DNA of 64,000 nucleotides, from NCBI GenBank assembly GCA_903889565.1, contig CAISYC010000048.1, forward strand, positions 1,680-65,679, given 5' to 3'. This DNA comes from an uncultured beta proteobacterium (GTDB lineage Bacteria > Pseudomonadota > Gammaproteobacteria > Burkholderiales > SG8-41). Position 1 is the first letter of the stretch; each line of letters begins with the position of its first letter. Of this stretch, positions 9,725 to 18,374 are shown piece after piece. The notes below the pieces were generated by a model. It did no database searches, was not told the DNA's origin, and worked only from the letters and a program-made list of their open reading frames with translations. Made by a program: the position numbers and the translations under genes.

Positions 9725-10528
9725 ATGCTCCCGACCCGCAATTTCATTGATCTAACCCAACCCGAGATCGCACAGCAGCTGAAAAAAAATCCGCTGGTGA
9801 TTCTGCCGGCCGGCAGCGTCGAGCAGCACGGCCCGCATCTGCCAACCGGCACCGACATCTACGCCAGCCAGGTCATTGGCCACGCCGTCGCCGAACGCAT
9901 GGATGGCCTGCTGCTGCCGTCGACGCCATTCGGCGTCACACCGATGCACATGCCGTTCGAAGGCACCATTACGTTATCGCCCGACACCTATCAGCGCGTG
10001 GTGGTTGAAACCTGCGTGTCCACCGCCAAGCACGGCGCCAAGTACCTGCTGCTGATCAACTGGCACGAAGGCAACATCCCGTCGCTGGCGATCGCCGCCG
10101 AGGCATTGCATCGCGAGCACGGCATGAACGTGCTGACGGTGCAGGCCTGTTACGTCGCCGCCGAACTCTACGGCCACGACTGCGGCGGTCTTACCCACGG
10201 TGGCGAAATCGAAGCGCTCGCAGTGCTGGCCTGCCGGCCCGACCTCGTGCATCTCGACCGCATCGATTATTCATCGGATCACAATCATGGTCGCAAATGG
10301 GACAAGCTGCGCCGCACGCGCAGTTATCAACCGGTGCTGACCGACATCCGCACCATCTGCGAAACCGGCTGGTACGGCGCGCCGGAACACGCCACCGTTG
10401 ATAAAGCGAAGAAAATGCTGAAAGACATCGCTGATGCGATCGCCAAAGAAGCGACCGAGATTTTCAAAATGCTTGATGAGGCGCAGGGCGGCACGGCGGA
10501 AATCAAACATCTGAAGGTGGCCGGCTGA
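9725..10528 (+). CDS. creatininase (creatinine amidohydrolase) family protein
   Basis: LPAGSVEQHGPHLP, GTD and INWHEGN motifs are characteristic of the creatininase/MftE/ArfB fold family. Confidence 0.8.
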   Translation: MLPTRNFIDLTQPEIAQQLKKNPLVILPAGSVEQHGPHLPTGTDIYASQVIGHAVAERMDGLLLPSTPFGVTPMHMPFEGTITLSPDTYQRVVVETCVSTAKHGAKYLLLINWHEGNIPSLAIAAEALHREHGMNVLTVQACYVAAELYGHDCGGLTHGGEIEALAVLACRPDLVHLDRIDYSSDHNHGRKWDKLRRTRSYQPVLTDIRTICETGWYGAPEHATVDKAKKMLKDIADAIAKEATEIFKMLDEAQGGTAEIKHLKVAG

Positions 10529-10905
10529 TGGCACAGGTATTGACGCAGGCGGCAGCGAAACAACTCGGCCTCGCCGGCCGCAAATCACTTGAAATCGTTT
10601 CCGGCGAAAAAGGCGCACATGCGGTGACGCTGCGCCTGGTCGAAATTCCGGTGCCGCAACCGGGTGAAAAACTGCGCGGCCCGCATTTTCACAACGGCTT
10701 CGAGGAATGCATCTACGTCATGTCAGGTGAAGGCTGCATGGAAGCCGACAGCGGCAATTATCCGGTAAAGGCCGGCGACACCCTGCTGGTGCCGCCCGGC
10801 GAAAAACACGTCACGCGCAACACCGGCGCCGAAACGCTGGTGCTGCTGTGCTTCTTTCCCGTCGCGGAAATCGCCAAACGCACGCAAGACGTAGCCGCCA
10901 AATAA
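10528..10905 (+). CDS. cupin domain protein
   Basis: 125 aa with cupin motifs GPHFHNGFEECIYVMSGEG and GDTLLVPPGEKH. Its start overlaps the previous stop (TGATG). Confidence 0.8.
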   Translation: MAQVLTQAAAKQLGLAGRKSLEIVSGEKGAHAVTLRLVEIPVPQPGEKLRGPHFHNGFEECIYVMSGEGCMEADSGNYPVKAGDTLLVPPGEKHVTRNTGAETLVLLCFFPVAEIAKRTQDVAAK

Positions 10906-10918
10906 CCGAAAGTTACCC

Positions 10919-11899
10919 ATGTCCTGCGATGTCATCTGCCTGCGCCCCGAGGTTGACTTCACGCGCGCCGGCGTCTCGCCGCCGGCTTCGCTGAAGATCG
11001 CGTACCGCGCGCCCGATGCAGCCGATTTGCCCGCATTGATGAAGACGGCGCGTGCGCTGCTGATTCCCGCCGTCGGGCCCAAGCTGCCGGCATCCCTGTT
11101 CGAAAACAGCGCCGTCACCTTCGTGCAGATCACCGGCGCCGGCGTCGATCGCCTCGATGCCGACGCGATGAAAAAACTCGGTATCGCGGTGGCCAACGTG
11201 CCCGGCGGCAGCAATGCTGCAGTCTCCGAATACGCCGTGACCACCGCCGCCACGCTGACGCGCCGCTTTGCGTGGAGCGACCGCGAGATCAAAGCGGGCA
11301 ACTACGCTGCGTTTCGCGCGCGCATGGTCGCCGATAATCTGGCCGGGCTCGACGGCCTGACCGTCGGCGTGGTGGGTGCCGGCATCGTTGGCACAGCGGT
11401 GGCGCAGGCTTTTCACCGCGCCGGCGCACGCATTGCGTACTTCGATCCGTCGCCGCGCGATGCGGCTGCGCTGGCCGCGATCCATGCCCGCTCGCTGTCG
11501 CTCGACGAACTGCTCACCGCCAGCGATGTCGTGACCCTGCACGTGCCGCTGCTGCCGGCGACGCAAAATCTGCTCGACGCCAAACGCCTCGCGCGGATGA
11601 AACCGACCGCCATTCTGATCAATGCGTCGCGCGGCGGTGTCGTCGATGAAGCCGCACTGGTGGCGCAACTCGCGTCGGGCAAACTCGGCGCTGCTGCAGT
11701 CGACGTGTTTTCAACCGAACCGCCCGCCGCCGACAATCCGCTGTTCACCGCGCCGCCCGCCGCCGCCGAGCGCCTGCTGCTGACGCCGCATATCGCCGGC
11801 GTCACGCGTCAGGCCTCGACCTTTCTGTTCCGGATGGCCTGCGACAATATCCACCGCGTTGTCGCCGACGGACAAGCACCGCTCAATCGCGTGTATTGA
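10919..11899 (+). CDS. D-isomer-specific 2-hydroxyacid dehydrogenase family protein
   Basis: NAD-binding site GVVGAGIVGTAVA, plus catalytic-region motifs NASRGGVVDE and TPHIAG. Confidence 0.85.
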   Translation: MSCDVICLRPEVDFTRAGVSPPASLKIAYRAPDAADLPALMKTARALLIPAVGPKLPASLFENSAVTFVQITGAGVDRLDADAMKKLGIAVANVPGGSNAAVSEYAVTTAATLTRRFAWSDREIKAGNYAAFRARMVADNLAGLDGLTVGVVGAGIVGTAVAQAFHRAGARIAYFDPSPRDAAALAAIHARSLSLDELLTASDVVTLHVPLLPATQNLLDAKRLARMKPTAILINASRGGVVDEAALVAQLASGKLGAAAVDVFSTEPPAADNPLFTAPPAAAERLLLTPHIAGVTRQASTFLFRMACDNIHRVVADGQAPLNRVY

Positions 11900-12004
11900 A
11901 CACACAACCGGCGACACGCACGTAAGACTGGCGTAAGCAGGCTCGCCCATACTCTTTCCAACCAATGTCGCGCGGCCATCCCGCGATGCTGTCAGGAGAG
12001 TCGA

Positions 12005-12196
12005 ATGGGCAAGGTTGAAAACGGCAAGACGGGTTTCGACGCGCCCAAGCCGCCCGCCAAGACCGGTCGAGTACGCCGTATCGGCCGCATGGTTCTATGC
12101 GTGCTCAGCATGGGCATGATCTTTCCGAACGCCTTTACCGAAGGCGTCGATCTGCAGGATTACGAAACGCGCGGCAACCAGACGCCAAAGAAGTAG
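12005..12196 (+). CDS. hypothetical small membrane-associated protein (63 aa)
   Basis: A GGAGAG Shine-Dalgarno sits 5 nt upstream of the ATG. There is one hydrophobic stretch (MVLCVLSMGMIF), and third codon positions are GC-rich. I do not recognise a family. Confidence 0.45.
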   Translation: MGKVENGKTGFDAPKPPAKTGRVRRIGRMVLCVLSMGMIFPNAFTEGVDLQDYETRGNQTPKK

Positions 12197-12209
12197 GCGC
12201 CGGCGCCGT

Positions 12210-12551
12210 TCAGCCCGGCGGCCACGTCAGCGCGCGGCCGGCCAGTATGTGCAGATGCAGATGGAATACCGATTGCCCGGCGTCGGCGCCGTTGTTGACG
12301 GCAAGGCGAAAGGCGTTTTCGATTTTCAACTCCCGCGTGATCGTGCCGACCGCCAGCATCAGGTGGCCGAGCAGCGCCTGATCCTCCGCCTGCGCATTCG
12401 ACAAACGGTCGATCGGCTTTTTCGGGATCAGCAGCAGGTGCACCGGCGCCTGCGGATTGATATCCCTGATCGCGAAACAATGCTCGTCTTCGTAAACAAT
12501 GTCGGCCGGAATCTGCCGGTTGATGATTTTCGTGAACAGCGTTTCGCTCAT
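12210..12551 (-). CDS. HIT family (HinT-like) nucleotide hydrolase
   Basis: 113 aa with the histidine triad HLHLHIL and an N-terminal FTKII..QIPA motif. Confidence 0.9.
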   Translation of the reverse strand: MSETLFTKIINRQIPADIVYEDEHCFAIRDINPQAPVHLLLIPKKPIDRLSNAQAEDQALLGHLMLAVGTITRELKIENAFRLAVNNGADAGQSVFHLHLHILAGRALTWPPG

Positions 12552-12584
12552 TTCGGGTCTCCTGCCGCGCGCAGGCGGCGCGGG

Positions 12585-13199
12585 CTACTTTTTGTCCTGT
12601 GCGATGGCCGTCGCGGTCCATACGACGACCGCATCGACGAGTTCGCCGCCGGCGGCTGAAAGCGCGCGCACGCCGCCGGCCGCATCCATGCCGGTCGCGT
12701 TGCGCTCGACGGCGAAATTCTTCTGCGCGACCAGTGTGCGTCTGGCCGTGTTGACGAGGCTGGCACGCGCGATGACCACGCCGCGGCTGCGGTCGGCTGC
12801 ATCGAACACCTGACTGAACTCGTCGAGGTCGATGCGCAGCGCGTAGTCGGCGCGCGCGCCGTCGGCCGCGCTGAGCACGCCGCCTTCGCTGGCGGCGGCG
12901 AGCCGCGTGCGCAACCGCTGCGTCAGCAACGCCGCCGGCGCCGTCGCCCAGCGGCTGGTCGCATAGACATTGTGGCGCGCCGCGTCCTGATACACGAGAC
13001 GGTAAACAATCGCAGGCGTATCCAGCCAGGCCGGCGCGGCGACGCCGTTGAGCAACAGGCTGGCGCGGATCGTTTTGGCAGTCGTCGCCTCGTCGCGCTG
13101 AGGCCCGAAATCGTAGACGGCCGGCGCATCGCGATTAAGCGGTCCGGCCGCACAACCGGCCAGCAACAGTCCAAACAACATGCAGGCTGCGATTTTCAT
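12585..13199 (-). CDS. ABC-transport auxiliary lipoprotein (YmbA/PqiC-like)
   Basis: Lipobox LLLAGC. About 200 aa, with a 4-nt overlap with the upstream MCE gene. This is the usual fourth gene of MlaE/MlaF/MCE clusters. Confidence 0.75.
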   Translation of the reverse strand: MKIAACMLFGLLLAGCAAGPLNRDAPAVYDFGPQRDEATTAKTIRASLLLNGVAAPAWLDTPAIVYRLVYQDAARHNVYATSRWATAPAALLTQRLRTRLAAASEGGVLSAADGARADYALRIDLDEFSQVFDAADRSRGVVIARASLVNTARRTLVAQKNFAVERNATGMDAAGGVRALSAAGGELVDAVVVWTATAIAQDKK

Positions 13200-14116
13200 T
13201 GTGCCCCCTTGGCGGCGAATCCGGCTTCGCCGGGTCCGGGCGGCACCGGATTGCGGCCGAAAATAAGACTGTGCGGCTGTTCATTGAGATCGTTGAGCGT
13301 GCGCTCGAGACCGCGCGCAGTGCGTTGCAGGTCGTCGGTCAGCAGATTGAGCCGCGGCACTGTGTCTGAGAGCATGGCGTCGCTCAAAGCAGTACCGCTG
13401 TCGCCGAGACGTTCCGCGCTTTTCGCGGCGCGTTCGAAGGTTTCGACGCGCTGATTCAGATTTGCGATCAGCGTATCGGCGCGCTTGAGCACGATGCCGG
13501 CATCGGCGGTGAGCGCCGGCAGCGCGCGTGCCGTCGGCTCCAGGGCACCGGCGAGTGTAGCGATGCGGCCCGACATCTGATCGAGATTGCGCACCGCGCT
13601 GACCAGATGCTTCTGGTTGTCATCGCTCAGCAGCGTGTTCAGCCGCTTGGCCACCGCATCGAGATTCTCGATCAGTTCCTGCCCTGAATTGCTGACCGCA
13701 TCAATGAACGAGGGTTTGACATTGATGCGCGCGAGCAGCCCGCCCTCGGCGACCAGCTTGCCCGGGCGCTTGCCGTCGTCATCAAGTATCACGTACGAGA
13801 GGCCGGTCACGCCCTGCGAACCCAGTTGCGCGTAGGTGCCCTGCGTCAGGGGCGTATCGCCGCGCACGGAAATCTCGACCAGGATGATGCGCGGATCGAG
13901 CGGATTGAAATCGATGCTGATGACCTTGCCGACGGTGACGCCGCGAAAGCGCACCGGCGCCTGCGCGTTGAGCCCCGACACCGGCTGGCTGGACACCAGC
14001 TGGTAATTCACCATCTCCACGGTATCGCCGCTGAACCACGCGGCGGTCGCTATCACGCCGATCCCCAGCAGCAGGGTAAATAGTCCGGCTGCCAGCGCAT
14101 GCGCCCTGTTTTCCAT
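13196..14116 (-). CDS. MlaD/MCE family substrate-binding protein
   Basis: N-terminal TM anchor, then an MCE core (GLNAQAPVRFRGVTVGKV) and a long helical tail. Confidence 0.85.
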   Translation of the reverse strand: MENRAHALAAGLFTLLLGIGVIATAAWFSGDTVEMVNYQLVSSQPVSGLNAQAPVRFRGVTVGKVISIDFNPLDPRIILVEISVRGDTPLTQGTYAQLGSQGVTGLSYVILDDDGKRPGKLVAEGGLLARINVKPSFIDAVSNSGQELIENLDAVAKRLNTLLSDDNQKHLVSAVRNLDQMSGRIATLAGALEPTARALPALTADAGIVLKRADTLIANLNQRVETFERAAKSAERLGDSGTALSDAMLSDTVPRLNLLTDDLQRTARGLERTLNDLNEQPHSLIFGRNPVPPGPGEAGFAAKGAQ

Positions 14117-14146
14117 TGCTGCTCCCCTTGTGAAACCGCAGTCGCC

Positions 14147-14944
14147 TCAGGTCATCGACATGATGTCGCGAACCGCCTTCACCGCCTCGAGCGCGCGGCG
14201 TCCGCGCTCGCCCATGAAAAAATTGCGGATGAACGGATGCGGATTGGCGACGACTTCGTCCAGCGTGCCGATGATTTCAACGCGCTGGTCGCACAATACC
14301 GCAACCCGGTCCGACAGCGCCACCAGCGTGTCGAGATCGTGCGTCACCATCACCACCGTCAGATTGAGCTCACGATGCAGTTCGCGGATCAGCGTGACGA
14401 AGCTCTCGCTGCGGTCCGGGTCGAGACCGGCGGTCGGCTCGTCGAGAAAAATCAGCTCCGGCTCCAGTGCGAGCGCCCGCGCCAACGCGATGCGCTTGAT
14501 CATGCCGCCAGACAATTCGGCCGGCATTTTGGTGGCGTGGCGCGGTTCGATGCCGACCATTTCGAGCTTGACCATGACGAGGTCGCGGATCATGTCCTCG
14601 CCGACCGCGCGCAACTCGCGCAGCGGCAGCGCGATGTTGTCGTAGACCGAAAGCGCGCTGAACAGCGCGCCCTCCTGAAACAACACGCCCCAGCGGTTGC
14701 GCAAATGGCGCAGCGCCGTCGCGTCGCTGCCGTGCAGCGAGGTGCCGAACACGCGCACTTCGCCGCGCGCCGGCCGTTCGAGGCCGAGCATCTGCCGCAG
14801 CATGGTGGTCTTGCCGCTGCCGGAGCCGCCGACCAGCGACAGGATCTCGCCGTAACGCACGTCGAGGTCGATGCCGCGATGGACCACGAAATCGCCGAAC
14901 TGCGTCCATAACCCGCGGATCTCGATGATGTTCTGCGCCGTCAT
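14147..14944 (-). CDS. ABC transporter ATP-binding protein (MlaF-like)
   Basis: Walker A GGSGSGKT, signature LSGGM and Walker B LIFLDEP. The ORF was trimmed to ATG 14944, which overlaps the permease stop (ATGA). Confidence 0.9.
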   Translation of the reverse strand: MTAQNIIEIRGLWTQFGDFVVHRGIDLDVRYGEILSLVGGSGSGKTTMLRQMLGLERPARGEVRVFGTSLHGSDATALRHLRNRWGVLFQEGALFSALSVYDNIALPLRELRAVGEDMIRDLVMVKLEMVGIEPRHATKMPAELSGGMIKRIALARALALEPELIFLDEPTAGLDPDRSESFVTLIRELHRELNLTVVMVTHDLDTLVALSDRVAVLCDQRVEIIGTLDEVVANPHPFIRNFFMGERGRRALEAVKAVRDIMSMT

Positions 14945-16080
14945 GAAATGCCGATATCCTTGAACAGAATGGCGAACACCGCATCGACCAGAATCACCAC
15001 GGTGATCGCGGTGACCACCGAATTGGTGGTGCCGATGCCGAGGCTTTCGGTATTGGGTTCGATGCGCAAACCGAAATGACAGGCAACGAGCGCGATCATG
15101 CCGCCGAATACCGCGCCCTTGCCCAGGCCAAGCCATAAATTTGCGATTGGCACCGCATCGGGCAGGCTGCTCAGAAAATAGACGTAACCGATGCCGAGTT
15201 CGAGGCGCGCCGCGACCATGCCGCCCAGCAATGCGACCGCGTCGGTCCACAACACCACCAGCGGCATCGCAATCGCCAGCGCGAGCATTTTCGGCAGGAT
15301 CAGGCGCAGCGAATGCGAAATCCCCATCACTGCCATCGCGTCGAGTTCCTGCGTCACGCGCATCACGCCGAGCGCTGCGGTTATCGCCGACCCCGAACGT
15401 CCAGCGATCAGGATCGCCGCCAGCACCGGGCCGAGTTCGCGCACCACGCTGACGCCCAGAATATTGATGATGAAGGCGTCGGCACCGAACAATTTAAGCT
15501 GTTGCGAAGACAGATAACTCAACACGACGCCGATCAGAAAGCCGACCAGCGCAGTGATGCCGAGCGCCTGCGTGCCGGTGCGATAGACGTTGGCCGACAG
15601 TTCGCGCCACGGTATGCGTTGGGGATGGCGCAGGAGGCCAACGGTTTCGATCACCGCCTGCCCGAGGACCAAAACCATATGCACAAGATGATCGATGGTG
15701 CGCAAAATCTTGCCGCCGAGGTAGACCAGCGCGAACAGCGGATCGAAGTGTTGCGTCACCGGCAGCGCAGCCGATGACGACTCCATGCGCTTGAACAATT
15801 GAACCTGCTCAGGTTTTAATTCGAGCCGTGCCACGCGCCGGCGCCCCCACGCGCGCCAGATCAGCATCGCACCGGCGTTATCGATCACATCAACGCCGCG
15901 CAAATCCCACCCGCAATCGGCATCCGCCGCAATCCGCGCCAGTTCATGTTCGAACTCCACCAGCCGGCGCTCCAGGGAGCGCAGATTCCAGGCGCCGGTC
16001 AGCACGCAGCGGTCGCCCGCCCCGTCGCTCACCCTGCGCAGGGCTGGCGGGTTGCCAAAGTGGGGGGCGGCTTCAGCCAT
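14941..16080 (-). CDS. MlaE family ABC permease with N-terminal STAS-like extension
   Basis: The C-terminal ~260 aa form the MlaE permease core (REL.PVL, AMAVMG). An N-terminal soluble region of about 110 aa precedes it. Confidence 0.85.
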   Translation of the reverse strand: MAEAAPHFGNPPALRRVSDGAGDRCVLTGAWNLRSLERRLVEFEHELARIAADADCGWDLRGVDVIDNAGAMLIWRAWGRRRVARLELKPEQVQLFKRMESSSAALPVTQHFDPLFALVYLGGKILRTIDHLVHMVLVLGQAVIETVGLLRHPQRIPWRELSANVYRTGTQALGITALVGFLIGVVLSYLSSQQLKLFGADAFIINILGVSVVRELGPVLAAILIAGRSGSAITAALGVMRVTQELDAMAVMGISHSLRLILPKMLALAIAMPLVVLWTDAVALLGGMVAARLELGIGYVYFLSSLPDAVPIANLWLGLGKGAVFGGMIALVACHFGLRIEPNTESLGIGTTNSVVTAITVVILVDAVFAILFKDIGIS

Positions 16081-16234
16081 CGGGATTGGATCGGGTTCGC
16101 ATGGACGGCTAAGTTAACCGCGTAGATGACTGATTATGAAACATTTTTATTCCACCCGTCCAGCCCTCAGGGAATAAAAATTGCAATGCGCCATAACAAA
16201 ATGGTGCGCTGCAATAAATATTTGGCTAAACCCC

Positions 16235-16262
16235 TTGACTTCGCCTTTCAGGTCACTATAAT
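16235..16262 (+). promoter_or_regulatory. sigma70-type promoter of phaP
   Basis: TTGACT (16235-16240), a 16-nt spacer, then TATAAT (16257-16262). It lies about 90 nt upstream of the phaP ATG in an AT-rich intergenic region carrying repeated TGCAAT motifs. Confidence 0.55.
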
Positions 16263-16353
16263 TTGAATTGTGCAATGCAACAATTTCAACGAATAAAAAA
16301 CAGAATTTTCCGATTACTTGTTTGTTTTGCAATAACTTTTTAAGGAGATTGCA

Positions 16354-16893
16354 ATGTATCAAACCCCTGAACAACTGGTTGCCCTGAACAAAGCCGGCCT
16401 CGAAACCGCCGTCCGTTTTGCCGGTATCGCCCTTGAAGGCGCCGAACGCTTTTTCGAAGTGCAGATGAAAGCCGCCAAAGGCGCGTTCGCCGACGGCGTG
16501 CAACAAGCCAAAGCGTTTGCCGAAATCAAGGATCCGCAGGAGTTCGCGCAAATCAAGAGCACGCTGATGCAGCCGAACATGGAAAAAACCGCCAGCTACG
16601 TCAAGAGCGTTTACGACGTCGCCTCCTCGACCCAGGCCGAAATCAACAAGCTGGTCGAAGAGCAAGTGTCGGAATTCAACAAGCAGGTCGTGACCACCCT
16701 CGACAAGATGGTGAAAACGGCGCCGGCGGGTTCGGATGTGGCGGTTGCCGCGCTGAAATCGGCGATCTCGGGCATCAATGCAACCTACGAGAACATCGCC
16801 AAGTCGGCCAAGCAGTTCGTCGATCTGACCCAGGCCAACGTCGAAGCCGCGACTTCGCAGGCCATCAGCGCGACCAAGAAAAAAGCCGCCTAA
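16354..16893 (+). CDS. phaP: phasin family protein (PHA granule-associated)
   Basis: 179-aa Ala/Lys/Glu-rich helical protein. The N-terminus (PEQLVALNKAGLETAVRFAGIALEGAERF) is typical of betaproteobacterial phasins. It has a strong Shine-Dalgarno (AAGGAG), a promoter and a terminator. Confidence 0.85.
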   Translation: MYQTPEQLVALNKAGLETAVRFAGIALEGAERFFEVQMKAAKGAFADGVQQAKAFAEIKDPQEFAQIKSTLMQPNMEKTASYVKSVYDVASSTQAEINKLVEEQVSEFNKQVVTTLDKMVKTAPAGSDVAVAALKSAISGINATYENIAKSAKQFVDLTQANVEAATSQAISATKKKAA

Positions 16894-16915
16894 CCGATCT
16901 GATCGGCGGCAGCAG

Positions 16916-16944
16916 AAAAAGCCCGGCTCAGGCCGGGTTTTTTT
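16916..16944. terminator. rho-independent, probably bidirectional terminator between phaP and the CinA-like gene
   Basis: gaaaaa-gcccggc-tca-ggccggg-ttttttt: a GC stem flanked by an A-run and a T-run between convergent genes. Confidence 0.8.
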
Positions 16945-16962
16945 CGTCCGCAATCCTGCCCG

Positions 16963-17718
16963 CTACCGCCCCTCCTCAACCGTCTTCGCCCAGCGAAAGC
17001 CGAGCGCGGTCACGCCGTCCTTGAGTTCGACCATCGCCGCCGCAATGCGCGCGGCATCGCCGCGCACACCGAGTTCGACATAGCGATCGTTGTCGCTCAT
17101 ATGCGGCAGACTGAACACCTTGAGACCGGGAAATTTTTCCAGGCAACGGTTCATGAGGTCGATCAGCATGCTCTCGCCGGCGCCGCGCACGATGATTGCG
17201 TCCTCGCCCGTGCTGCCGGCCGCATGCTGTTCGCGATACAGATTGTCGAGCACCCACGCCATCATCGGCCACGCCATCTGCGGAAAGCCCGGCAGAAAAT
17301 GATGATGCCCGAGGCTGAAGCCCGGAATGCGGTTGTACGGATTCGGAATGATGCGGCTGCCAATCGGAAACTCGCCCATCTTCAAACGTTGCGGCGTGAT
17401 TTCTCCACCGAAGCGCGCGCGGATCTCGGCCTCCGCATCCGGATGCAATTGCAGCGCAACACCGGCCGCATCGGCGGCGCACTGGCGAGTGTGATCGTCG
17501 GGCGTGGCGCCGATGCCGCCGAAACTGAAAACCACGTCGGGCTCAGCCAGTGTGCGCCTGAGGGTGCTCGTGATCAGCGCCGGCTCGTCGGCCAGATACT
17601 GGCACCACGCCAACTCGAGGCCGCGTTCGCGCAACGTCGAGATGACCGTCGCCATGTGCTTGTCCTGGCGTTTGCCGGACATGATTTCATCGCCGATGAT
17701 GATGGCGCCGAATTGCAT
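16963..17718 (-). CDS. CinA-like / MoCF-biosynthesis (MoaB/Mog-fold) domain protein
   Basis: The N-terminus (FGAIIIGDEIMSGKRQDKH) and the GGIGATPDD motif are typical of molybdopterin-binding-fold CinA N-terminal domains. Confidence 0.75.
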   Translation of the reverse strand: MQFGAIIIGDEIMSGKRQDKHMATVISTLRERGLELAWCQYLADEPALITSTLRRTLAEPDVVFSFGGIGATPDDHTRQCAADAAGVALQLHPDAEAEIRARFGGEITPQRLKMGEFPIGSRIIPNPYNRIPGFSLGHHHFLPGFPQMAWPMMAWVLDNLYREQHAAGSTGEDAIIVRGAGESMLIDLMNRCLEKFPGLKVFSLPHMSDNDRYVELGVRGDAARIAAAMVELKDGVTALGFRWAKTVEEGR

Positions 17719-17773
17719 GATGAACAACACTCCCGTGTGAAGACGCCGGCGTGCATGGCCGGCGCCGGATGAA

Positions 17774-18202
17774 TCAACTGTGAATGTACGATTCCAACTG
17801 CTCGATGGTCGACTTCTGCTCGGCGATCACCTCCTTGACCAGATCGCCGATCGAAAGCACGCCGATCAGTTTACCGCCTTCGAGCACCGGCAGATGACGG
17901 ATGCGCTTTTCAGTCATCAGCGCCATGCATTCCTCGACTGTGCGCTGCGGCGACACGCAAATCACCCGCGTCGTCATGATCTCGCGCACCGGCGTGTCGC
18001 GCGATGATTTGCCCAGCAGCATCACCTTGCGCGCGTAATCGCGTTCGGACAGGATGCCGGCAAGCTTCTCGCCGTTGACCACGACCAGCGCGCCGATTTC
18101 GCGCTCGGCCATCAGGCGCAATGCATCGATCACCGGCGCCTCCGGACCAATCAAACAGACTCCGGCGGCCTTGCCCTGCAACAACTGTTTGACAGTCTTC
18201 AT
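17774..18202 (-). CDS. CBS domain pair protein
   Basis: 142 aa containing two CBS repeats (IGALVVV..G.LAGILSERD and IRHLPVLEGGKLIGVLSIGD). Confidence 0.85.
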   Translation of the reverse strand: MKTVKQLLQGKAAGVCLIGPEAPVIDALRLMAEREIGALVVVNGEKLAGILSERDYARKVMLLGKSSRDTPVREIMTTRVICVSPQRTVEECMALMTEKRIRHLPVLEGGKLIGVLSIGDLVKEVIAEQKSTIEQLESYIHS

Positions 18203-18374
18203 GGCTTCCTCCGTTAAGTGATGTCGCAGTCGTTTTCATTGTGGTGCGCGTGCATGCCAGCGGCGACGGTTCAGTGTATTCCTATCCGGCGACCGCGCAA
18301 ATACCGCTTGAATCGGGCTATCATGCCGGCGCCCAACCCCAACCAACCGGCGCGGCGCCGTCGCGGAGTTTGTC

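Noticed and set aside
12196-12207. Self-complementary GGCGCCGGCGCC between the convergent small ORF and the HIT gene, considered as a terminator
   Set aside because: It has no loop and no flanking U-run, and such GC palindromes are frequent in GC-rich DNA. The evidence is insufficient.
16147-16953. 268-aa - strand ORF across the phasin locus
   Set aside because: Antisense to phaP, which has its own promoter, Shine-Dalgarno and terminator. The ORF also runs through the AT-rich promoter region.
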